Origin: Fibrobacteria bacterium
GTDB lineage: Bacteria > Fibrobacterota > Fibrobacteria > UBA11236
Direction: 5' to 3'
Length of the DNA stretch: 64,000 bases
Assembly (NCBI GenBank): GCA_043745805.1
Contig: JAYTSD010000050.1
Coordinates: 31,775 to 95,774, forward strand
Part shown: positions 8,971 through 17,199 of the stretch, one piece after another
Numbering within the stretch: the stretch's first letter is position 1
How the letters are laid out: every line of letters begins with the position of its first letter
Program-made: the position numbers and the translations under genes
The notes under the pieces: generated by a model
What the model saw: the letters and a program-made list of their open reading frames with translations, nothing else
Database searches by the model: none
Told to the model about the DNA's origin: nothing

Positions 8971-10185
8971 ATGCCTAAAAATAATTACACTTTAAAAAAT
9001 ATTGGCTGGGTTGTAGCCTTGATGGCCGTAAATTTTTGTTCACAGCATGCGTATGCGAATTGGGTTCATACCGGTCACGATAGCACGGGGAATGTGAATT
9101 GCTTTGATGTCATCGGGAATAAACTTTTAGCTGCCACCACAAGTGGACTTTTTATAAGTACGAATAATGGTAATTCCTGGGATTCGGCAACTGGACTTCC
9201 CGCCTCGGATGTCATTACTTTAGAAACCTTGGGTAATAAAGAGTTTGCCGGAACAGATGGCGATGGAATTTATGTAAGTGCCGATAGTGGTAAAACGTGG
9301 GCGGCGGCGAATACTGGGGTAACCGACATGTTCATTCATTCTTTTGTCGTTAAAGGCACTAGTTTATTTGCTGGCGGCGTTCGTGGGGGTGTTTTTCTTA
9401 GCACCAATAATGGAACAAGCTGGAGTGCAGTTAATACCGGATTGGCAACACTTTCGGTAGTCTCATTTCTTGTAGATGGAAATAATTTATTGGCCTTTCT
9501 AGTCAACGGAACTTTATATAAAAGCACTAATAATGGAACCAGTTGGACGGATATGAATGCGGGCCTCCCTCCTCTGGAATTTGTTGGTTATGCAGACGGC
9601 AGTACATTGTATGCGGGATCGGCTGGATATCTAATGAAAAGTATTAATGGAGGAAGTACTTGGACCTCCGTGTTTGCCAATCTTCCTGCCAATGAAGAAA
9701 TTGGTGCTATTGATAAATCGGGGAGTAACTTACTGGTTGCGGTGGATAATGGGGGAATTGGATTGTCGAAAGATAATGGCGTTTCATGGAGTTTGCAAAA
9801 TACGGGCTTAACCAATACCCATGTTTTCACTTTATTGGTTTACGGCAATAATGTTTTTGTAGGAACATTAGGCGCAGGCATGTGGGTAAGGCCTTTAGCT
9901 GAAGTGCTTGCAGGTTCAGGGATCAAAAGTGTGGGAGCAAAGCAAAAGTCATCTTTGCAATTGGACAAAGGAAGAGTCAGCTTCACATTGGCCCAAGCTT
10001 CACCGTTTTCTTTAACGCTTTGCAACTTACAAGGCCAAACCATCAAGACTTTGAGCCAAGGATGGGAAATAGCCGGTCAACATACTTTCCCTCTTCAAAC
10101 ATTTGGAATGCAAGCAGGAATTTATGTATTGGAATTCAAAACGGATGCTTTGCAACTGCAACAAAAAATCTCCATAGAAAAATAA
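8971..10185 (+). CDS. Secreted Asp-box (BNR) beta-propeller protein with T9SS-like C-terminal domain, paralog 1
   Basis: Signal peptide, six S-x-[DN]-x-G-x-x-W boxes, tail NLQGQTIK...GIYVL; alternative start 8959. Confidence 0.8.
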   Translation: MPKNNYTLKNIGWVVALMAVNFCSQHAYANWVHTGHDSTGNVNCFDVIGNKLLAATTSGLFISTNNGNSWDSATGLPASDVITLETLGNKEFAGTDGDGIYVSADSGKTWAAANTGVTDMFIHSFVVKGTSLFAGGVRGGVFLSTNNGTSWSAVNTGLATLSVVSFLVDGNNLLAFLVNGTLYKSTNNGTSWTDMNAGLPPLEFVGYADGSTLYAGSAGYLMKSINGGSTWTSVFANLPANEEIGAIDKSGSNLLVAVDNGGIGLSKDNGVSWSLQNTGLTNTHVFTLLVYGNNVFVGTLGAGMWVRPLAEVLAGSGIKSVGAKQKSSLQLDKGRVSFTLAQASPFSLTLCNLQGQTIKTLSQGWEIAGQHTFPLQTFGMQAGIYVLEFKTDALQLQQKISIEK

Positions 10186-10260
10186 TTCGTCAGCAAAATA
10201 TTAAGTAGAAGCAAAATAAAATAATAGTAATCACAATTATTAATGGATTTAGGAAATAAT

Positions 10261-11475
10261 ATGTTTAAAAAAAATATCATTTATAGCGCGGTTATTTTTA
10301 TAATGGCCGCTCTTTTGCCGCAAGTAGTGTGTGCCTATTGGGTAAAGGGTAAGGGACTAGACACGATTGATGTTTACAGTTTTGCTATCAAAGGCACAAC
10401 GTTATTGGCATCCACCAAGGAAGGTGTATACAAAAGCATCGACAATGGCCTCAACTGGAAAGTTTCTAAAACTGGATTGCCCACAAGCAAAGTGCAAGCC
10501 TTTGCGGTATTAGATAGTTCCTTTTTAGCAGGCACGGTGGGCGATGGGATTTATCGTAGCGCGGATAGTGGTGCAACATGGAAAAAATCAGATTCGGGAT
10601 TATCCAATGTTTTTGTCAGTGCCTTAGCCGTCATTGGAAATAATGTTTTTGCGGGAACCGGATTAGGTGGCGTCAGTTTAAGTACGGACAAAGGATTAAC
10701 CTGGAAACCTATGAATAATGGATTAACAAATTTATTTGTGTATTCATTTATTGTGGACGGCACTAAATTATTTGCCTTAAGTAATATTGGCGACGTGCAT
10801 GTGAGCTTGGATTCGGCTAAACATTGGGCTGTTATTCCTACAAATCTTCCCCCTTCAGATTGGCCGGGCGTTGCGGTGCTTGGGAATCAATTTTTTATCG
10901 GGACGGATGGGGATATTTTCCGCGGAAGCAATGATGGAAGAATTTGGACTTCCGTATACTCTAATCTTCCCGCGAATCAAGAGGTTTCGGCATTAAGGGT
11001 AATCGGTAATAATTTACTAGTGGCCTTGGATGCGGGCGGTGTTTTTCTGTCTAAAGATAGCGGAGATAGTTGGGTGGCGGTAAACGCCGGAGTTACTAAT
11101 GTGCAAACCGAGGCTTTATCAGTGGGCCAGGGTTATGTATTCGCGGGAACTTTAGGAGCCGGAGCATGGAGAAGACCTATTGCCGAGGTGATTAGTGGAA
11201 CCGATAAAATTCAAAATTATTCTAAAAATGCGACACCCTTCAAAGTGCACTTTTCACAAAATAGTTTGCACTATAAGTTGTTGAGTGAAAATAATGTTGC
11301 GCTTAATGTTTTTGATTTGCAAGGTAAAATGGTTTATCAATTAAAAACCAAAAACCAAAAAGTAGGCATCTATACGTGGTCATGGACGGAATTGCCTCTA
11401 TATGCGGGACAATATGTTGTGCAATTAAGTATTGCCGACATGCTATTTCAAAACATAGTCAGCGTTTACAAATAA
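10261..11475 (+). CDS. Secreted Asp-box beta-propeller protein with T9SS-like C-terminal domain, paralog 2
   Basis: Signal peptide, six Asp-box-like motifs, tail FDLQGKMV...GQYVV; alternative start 10243. Confidence 0.8.
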   Translation: MFKKNIIYSAVIFIMAALLPQVVCAYWVKGKGLDTIDVYSFAIKGTTLLASTKEGVYKSIDNGLNWKVSKTGLPTSKVQAFAVLDSSFLAGTVGDGIYRSADSGATWKKSDSGLSNVFVSALAVIGNNVFAGTGLGGVSLSTDKGLTWKPMNNGLTNLFVYSFIVDGTKLFALSNIGDVHVSLDSAKHWAVIPTNLPPSDWPGVAVLGNQFFIGTDGDIFRGSNDGRIWTSVYSNLPANQEVSALRVIGNNLLVALDAGGVFLSKDSGDSWVAVNAGVTNVQTEALSVGQGYVFAGTLGAGAWRRPIAEVISGTDKIQNYSKNATPFKVHFSQNSLHYKLLSENNVALNVFDLQGKMVYQLKTKNQKVGIYTWSWTELPLYAGQYVVQLSIADMLFQNIVSVYK

Positions 11476-11504
11476 TATCATACACGATTAATATGGGGTT
11501 AAAA

Positions 11505-12704
11505 ATGAAACACAATAAAAACATTTTTCGAATAGGATTAGCTATGATCACATCACTACTCTCTATTATACATGCGGATTGGACGGCGATAACGGGGATT
11601 ACCGCTAGAAACGCGTCCGCCTTTGCCACAAATGGTACCAATCTGTACGCAGGCACAGATGCCGGAATGTATTTAAGTACTAATGAGGGAGCTACATGGA
11701 CGGCCATCAATAGCGGATTGAGTAACTTAAATGTAACCTGTATCCAAACTATTACTGGCGCCGTATTTGCTGGTACCATGGGCGGTGGGGTATTTGTCTC
11801 CACTAATAATGGAAGTGGTTGGACGGCGGTTAATGCCGGATTGTCCGATTTAAACATTATGTCCCTAGCTGCTTTTGGTAATAAAGTATATGTGGGATCC
11901 GATGGCGGCGGCGTTTCCTATACCACCAACAACGGAAGCACATGGACCACTGTAAACGCTGGAATTGTTAATAAACATATTACTTCTTTTGCTACCAGTG
12001 GAAATAATTTATTTGCATTAACCGATGGCGGAGCTTCGCTTTTGGTGAATGGATCCACAACTTGGACAGTGATTAATTCAGGTTTCGTAAATGTGATCGA
12101 CTATACTGTACTCACCACTAGTGGTACTAATATTTTTGCGGGTACAGATAAGGGAGTATTTGTGACTTCCAATAATGGAGCGAGTTGGAGCCTCATGATT
12201 TCCGGTTTAACCAATACTAATGCAACCGCTTTAGCCTCTAACGCAGGAACCGTTTTTGTAGGAACCGATATTGGTGTTTTTTTAAGTAAAAATAATGGAG
12301 CGACGTGGGCTCCAGCAACTGCGGGTTTAGTGAGTACCCCAATAATCGCTTTAGCCGTGAGCGGAACTTCATTGTTGGCTGGAACTACGGGCATTGGTGT
12401 TTTACGAAGACCTCTTTCTGAAATGGCAAATTCCGACGGAATTGCAATGACACAAAGAGAATTGTTAGATTTTAAAGTGTCCATCAATCAACAAAATCTT
12501 TATTATTTTTTACCCCGTAACACCTCAGTTACTTTTAAAGTATTTGATATTAAGGGTAATTTACGAGTCAAAGCAGTGAAAGAGTCGGTTCTTGGTCAAA
12601 ATTCTTTAGCGATTAAGAGTTGGAATTTGCCAACGGGAAAATATCTTTTAGATTTCACTACAGCGTCTTTTAAAACGTATAAAAGATTGGTTATCACACC
12701 TTAA
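11505..12704 (+). CDS. Secreted Asp-box beta-propeller protein with T9SS-like C-terminal domain, paralog 3
   Basis: Signal peptide from MKHNK, six Asp-box-like motifs, tail FDIKGNL...GKYLL. The ORF-track start at 11376 overlaps the previous gene. Confidence 0.8.
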   Translation: MKHNKNIFRIGLAMITSLLSIIHADWTAITGITARNASAFATNGTNLYAGTDAGMYLSTNEGATWTAINSGLSNLNVTCIQTITGAVFAGTMGGGVFVSTNNGSGWTAVNAGLSDLNIMSLAAFGNKVYVGSDGGGVSYTTNNGSTWTTVNAGIVNKHITSFATSGNNLFALTDGGASLLVNGSTTWTVINSGFVNVIDYTVLTTSGTNIFAGTDKGVFVTSNNGASWSLMISGLTNTNATALASNAGTVFVGTDIGVFLSKNNGATWAPATAGLVSTPIIALAVSGTSLLAGTTGIGVLRRPLSEMANSDGIAMTQRELLDFKVSINQQNLYYFLPRNTSVTFKVFDIKGNLRVKAVKESVLGQNSLAIKSWNLPTGKYLLDFTTASFKTYKRLVITP

Positions 12705-12804
12705 AAGAGATATCACTTTAAGTTCTCCATAAATGTTCTCCTAAAGCTTAAATTTCTTTATGGGATTTTTCCCCGATAGGCGTTAAAATGAGTAAGGAGT
12801 ACTC

Positions 12805-14235
12805 ATGTTTATTCGCCTCGCGGTGGCTTTTATATTTACGATTTTATGCACGCATTGTGCCTCTCCTAAGCGCTTGCATATGGTGGTGAAAATGCGTTTG
12901 GCACAAGAAAATGATTTTCACAAAAACGTTTTACGACCTTTTGAAAAAAGTCACAATTGCAAAATCATCATGCAAACCTATACGGACAATAAAAATTTGC
13001 AAGAGATTTTAGATAAAAATGGGGATTCGCTAGATTTAATTAATATGCCACTAGAACTTATGCGTTTTGGGGTAACCCAAAATAAAATTCTTGCCTTAGA
13101 TAAAATTTTAACTCCTGAAGAAGGGGCTGAAATTAAGAAAGAATATTTCTTAACGGATTTAGCACGTATTGGCGGACATACTTATTTTATTCCGCGCCAA
13201 TTAGAAACACCTTTATTGATTTATTCGAAAGCGCAAGTGCAAGAGGCCGTACAATTTTGGGAAAATGATCGAGAGAGTATTGAGCGCGTCTTAGTAAAAG
13301 CCAATGGACAAGGACTGCCTAAACCCTATCAATTAGAAAAAGATCCTAATGAATGGGATTTTTATGATTTATTTGTGGTGGGTGTTTATTGGAGAAATAA
13401 AGAAATTCATGGGCAAAAAAAAGGGCGTATCGCTATCGGTTCAGCGTGGCCACAGGCTTTAATGGATATGGCTTATCTTTCAGGTGCCAAGCCAGAAGAG
13501 GTAATGCGTTTACGGGAACTCGCTATTGTAGATATGTTTCAATGGCAATCACTTTTTGTGCGTGAAGGAATTTTTCCAGCAATGTTGATGCGAGAGAATT
13601 GGGGATCGAATGAATTATTTAAAGCTTGGCAAAGCGGTGATATTTTCTTGTCCTTTATGTCACAACAAGATTTTTTTTGGTTGCATGGAAATGGAACATC
13701 TGAAATTCCTGGAGTAATAAAAGATCTGAATGATATTGGGGTTGCGCGTATGCCTAAAGGGTTGTCTTTAATGCAAGAGCCTAGTGGAAAGCCATTGCGT
13801 CAAGGAGGGCGTAATGTATGCACGCGTAGTACTTGGTGGGGAGTAGGTGCGAAAAGCCAAACTCCCATGATAGCCTATGAATTAGCCCATTATTTAACCA
13901 GTACCAAAAATCAAATCATGGAAAGCTCGGCTTATGGCATTATCCCTGCAAGACAAGATTTATTAGGCGAATTGGGATTGATGTTTGGTGGCGGCTGGAT
14001 GTCCGATTTTTTCAGTATTACTTCGCAACAATTAGTAGAAAATCGCTTTACCCTCTTTCCGTTGGTGGATGATTATGAAGTGATGGATAGAACTTATATG
14101 GAGGCTTTACAGGAGTTTGGACAAGTAAGCCGAAATCAAAAATGGGGATTTGTAGAAATCGAAAAAACCTTACAAGAAAAATATATTCCTCGCCTGCAAT
14201 CTATTGCTCGCCCCGTTTCTGCGGCTAGATTTTAG
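12805..14235 (+). CDS. Extracellular solute-binding lipoprotein (sugar-binding family-like)
   Basis: Signal peptide with Cys; PFEKSHNCKI, YFIPRQ, DIGVARMPKG and IPARQD resemble family-1 solute-binding proteins. Confidence 0.65.
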   Translation: MFIRLAVAFIFTILCTHCASPKRLHMVVKMRLAQENDFHKNVLRPFEKSHNCKIIMQTYTDNKNLQEILDKNGDSLDLINMPLELMRFGVTQNKILALDKILTPEEGAEIKKEYFLTDLARIGGHTYFIPRQLETPLLIYSKAQVQEAVQFWENDRESIERVLVKANGQGLPKPYQLEKDPNEWDFYDLFVVGVYWRNKEIHGQKKGRIAIGSAWPQALMDMAYLSGAKPEEVMRLRELAIVDMFQWQSLFVREGIFPAMLMRENWGSNELFKAWQSGDIFLSFMSQQDFFWLHGNGTSEIPGVIKDLNDIGVARMPKGLSLMQEPSGKPLRQGGRNVCTRSTWWGVGAKSQTPMIAYELAHYLTSTKNQIMESSAYGIIPARQDLLGELGLMFGGGWMSDFFSITSQQLVENRFTLFPLVDDYEVMDRTYMEALQEFGQVSRNQKWGFVEIEKTLQEKYIPRLQSIARPVSAARF

Positions 14236-14365
14236 GTTTTTTGTTTGAATAACTAATCTGATTTTAAAAAACCCAACTTTCCTCAGTTTTTCGCCGCAAA
14301 AGTTACGGAGTTTAGCTCCCTCAATTTAACTTTTCTTTCCTTCATGATTTAACCAGGATTTTTCC

Positions 14366-14818
14366 ATGTCACAAGATAAATTGGAACAGCTCTTTGCTTT
14401 GCAAAGTGAACTCAATGATCGCATATTCGTCAAAAAAGATCTTCGCGATCGCGAAGGCAAAACTTTGACTATGGCTACGCTCACAGCCGAGGCGCAGGGA
14501 GACGCATTAGGTCCCAACTCTTTAGTGAATGAATGGTTGGGGAAATATTTACAAGCCCTAGATGACGAATCACGCGAGTTACGGGATGAATTGTTATGGA
14601 AATGGTGGTCTAAGGATCATTTGAATATGCAGAATATTCGTGTGGAAATAATTGATCAATTACACTTTTGGATTTCTCTCGCTTTAACTTCGGGACTCGA
14701 TGCTGAAAAAGTGTTTGGAATTTATATGCAAAAGAATGCGATTAATCATCAGAGGCAAGAAAAAGATTATTCCAAAGCCAATAAAAATGAAGCAGATAAT
14801 CAAAGCGTAAAAGCTTAA
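14366..14818 (+). CDS. Dimeric all-alpha dUTPase (dUTPase_2/MazG-like)
   Basis: LFALQSELNDRI, ESRELRD, WKWW, EIIDQLHF and YMQKNAINHQRQ motifs. Confidence 0.85.
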   Translation: MSQDKLEQLFALQSELNDRIFVKKDLRDREGKTLTMATLTAEAQGDALGPNSLVNEWLGKYLQALDDESRELRDELLWKWWSKDHLNMQNIRVEIIDQLHFWISLALTSGLDAEKVFGIYMQKNAINHQRQEKDYSKANKNEADNQSVKA

Positions 14819-14846
14819 GCTTTAGCTAAGTTATGCAAGCTGGCCA

Positions 14847-15785
14847 CTATAGTGTGGCCATTTCATTTTCACAATTGTTCGTACAGTCGTCATCCTTGCA
14901 AGGTCCTAATTGTAAGGTAATATGTTGAATGTGATATTCATGACGAAGTAATTGACTTAAAGTATTTAAAATGGTTTTTTCATTTAAGGTTCCTATGCGT
15001 AAAGCAATATGTGCACTTAAATAAATATCTCTTCCATTCATCGACCAAACATGTAAATCATGCACGCTTTCCACTTCCACTTGGGTTTTCAGTCGGGCGC
15101 GAACTTTTTCAATATCAAAGCCTTTGGGAGCCCCTTCTACTAAAATATGACTGCTGCGACGCATCACTCCAATTCCACCCCAGCCCACTACTAAAGCAAT
15201 GAACAGGCTTAGTGAGGGATCGAGCCATTGCCAGCCTTTCCATAAAATTCCAAGGGCCGCTACTATGGCGGCTAGGGACGAAAATAAATCTCCCCAAATA
15301 TGCCATAGGGCACTTTCTTCATTCAGAGTCTTTTCATCTTCGCCATGATGTAATTTCCATGCCGCAAAAATATTCACTAATAAACCTATAACTGCAATTC
15401 CTAGCATGGATTTAGCCTGCACTATTTCGGGGCTGTATAGGCGTTGCGCCGCCTGCACGCAAATGAATAGTGCTAGTAACGTTAAGGTTAACCCATTTGC
15501 AAAGGCGGCCAACACTTCAAAGCGCTTATAACCAAAAGTTTTTTTGCCATCCGCTCGGCGTGTTCCTAAGGAAACGGCATAGGCGGAAAATCCTAAGGAT
15601 AAAGCATCGGAAAGCATATGCAAGCCGTCGGAGATTAAAGCGAGTGAATGAAAAAGCCATCCTGTAACCATTTCCAACAACATAAAAGCAGTGATTAATG
15701 CAAAGATAAAACGCAAAGTATAAAAGGAGGTATGAGGTTGATGAGGCTCATGACCATCATGAGAATGTGTGTGTCCTGACCCCAT
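14847..15785 (-). CDS. Cation diffusion facilitator (CzcD/ZitB-like)
   Basis: His-rich N-terminus, SLALISDGLHMLSD, TFGYKRFE, HIWGD and VHDLHVW motifs. Confidence 0.93.
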   Translation of the reverse strand: MGSGHTHSHDGHEPHQPHTSFYTLRFIFALITAFMLLEMVTGWLFHSLALISDGLHMLSDALSLGFSAYAVSLGTRRADGKKTFGYKRFEVLAAFANGLTLTLLALFICVQAAQRLYSPEIVQAKSMLGIAVIGLLVNIFAAWKLHHGEDEKTLNEESALWHIWGDLFSSLAAIVAALGILWKGWQWLDPSLSLFIALVVGWGGIGVMRRSSHILVEGAPKGFDIEKVRARLKTQVEVESVHDLHVWSMNGRDIYLSAHIALRIGTLNEKTILNTLSQLLRHEYHIQHITLQLGPCKDDDCTNNCENEMATL

Positions 15786-15808
15786 AAGCTGATTATAGAA
15801 TGTTAACC

Positions 15809-16165
15809 CTAGTGAGGCAAGCTCGGATCCAAAGTTTGGACGCTTATGATATAATGAAAAATCGCTTCCGTTTCGCCGGTACTAAGATGTGCGCGTTCTC
15901 GCATATCGTGTAAAATAAGCGTCCATTTGGGTTCGGAGTATTTTTTCACTGCTGGTATAAAATGGCAAGAAGAACAATTTTGGATATATAAAGCGCGATA
16001 TTGTTTTAAACTATCGAGATTTGTTCCTGGCCAGCGTTTGGCTGCATAGTCGGAATGATAGGGCATCGGTTCGGGTGCTCTTCCGATAAACGAACAAGCT
16101 AAAAGCAGGTTGGCACTTATAATTGCCCCCAAAATTCGATTACACAATAAAATTTTTGCCCTCAT
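15809..16165 (-). CDS. Small mono-heme c-type cytochrome lipoprotein
   Basis: Lipobox LLLAC, YIQNCSSCH, W..ILHDM distal Met candidate; start uncertain (16165 or 16219). Confidence 0.65.
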   Translation of the reverse strand: MRAKILLCNRILGAIISANLLLACSFIGRAPEPMPYHSDYAAKRWPGTNLDSLKQYRALYIQNCSSCHFIPAVKKYSEPKWTLILHDMRERAHLSTGETEAIFHYIISVQTLDPSLPH

Positions 16166-16328
16166 ATTGGTTTTCAAAGTAATCCGCTGAAACACTTTAT
16201 ACAAGCTAAGGAAACTCAATCCCCCTTAAAAATATCCAAGCTGAAATGGCAAAATGTTTTGTCTTGGGTTGAATGGGTGTTTTCTAGCTAATCTTTTTAT
16301 CTTCTAGTTTTCTAGGCGAGGTCTTGCC

Positions 16329-17027
16329 ATGGATAGAGATTTACGAGAAAAAATTGCTGAAGTACGCAGCCGCATAAAACTTTCTAAAAATGAAGCCGAC
16401 GTGCAAGAATTGTACGATTTGCTATTCTCTGCTGGAAAAATTCCAGCCGCGCTTAATGTTTTTGAATTGGCTTTAGGTAAACCTGCTGCCGAAGTTGAAG
16501 CACGCATTGAACCTGGCAAACAAGGCCGTGCTTGTTTTGAAAGAGCTTTAGAATTTGCCGATGGTTATTTGTTTGAGGATGCGGTGCATGGCATTTTAAA
16601 AGGCATGACGCTGGGTTATGAAACCTATGAAACGCACTATTGCTTGGCTGGTATATATAAAAGTATGGAAAACTGGCCGGCTGCGGAACGTCATTGCCGA
16701 TTTTCCATAGCGCTCCGCGAAAATTTTATCCCAACTTACTTATTATTAGCCTCATTACTGAAACGCAAACAACAATTTCAACTTTGTGCCGAACTTTGTC
16801 TTAAAAGCATTGGTTTCGATCCGGATTGTGCCATTGCCTATTATGATCTAGCCTGTTATTATGCCCTGCAAAGTCTGGAAAATGAGGCTCTATTGGCTTT
16901 GGAAAACACTTTAGCCAAAGGCTTTAGCGATTTTCAATTTTTATTGCGCGATCCGGATTTCGAAACGCTCTGGGCGAATCCTAGGTTTTTACTGCTTTTG
17001 CAACTTCATCAAATAAAAAAAACTTGA
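16329..17027 (+). CDS. TPR-repeat protein
   Basis: TPR-like helices; C-terminal YYDLACYYA...GF.D....DPDF motif. Confidence 0.75.
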   Translation: MDRDLREKIAEVRSRIKLSKNEADVQELYDLLFSAGKIPAALNVFELALGKPAAEVEARIEPGKQGRACFERALEFADGYLFEDAVHGILKGMTLGYETYETHYCLAGIYKSMENWPAAERHCRFSIALRENFIPTYLLLASLLKRKQQFQLCAELCLKSIGFDPDCAIAYYDLACYYALQSLENEALLALENTLAKGFSDFQFLLRDPDFETLWANPRFLLLLQLHQIKKT

Positions 17028-17199
17028 GTTAATTACCCCTTCGAGAGCTAAAGGCTAAAGCCTTGACTTTTTGTTACTTACAAATCCTCCACTCATTGCT
17101 ATATTGAAGCCACTTTTTTAGCCTCCCTGATGTGTATAGGTTTCCTTTGCACATCTTGAGCGGATTACATTTCATTTTTTACGAAGGATATTCTGTCTC

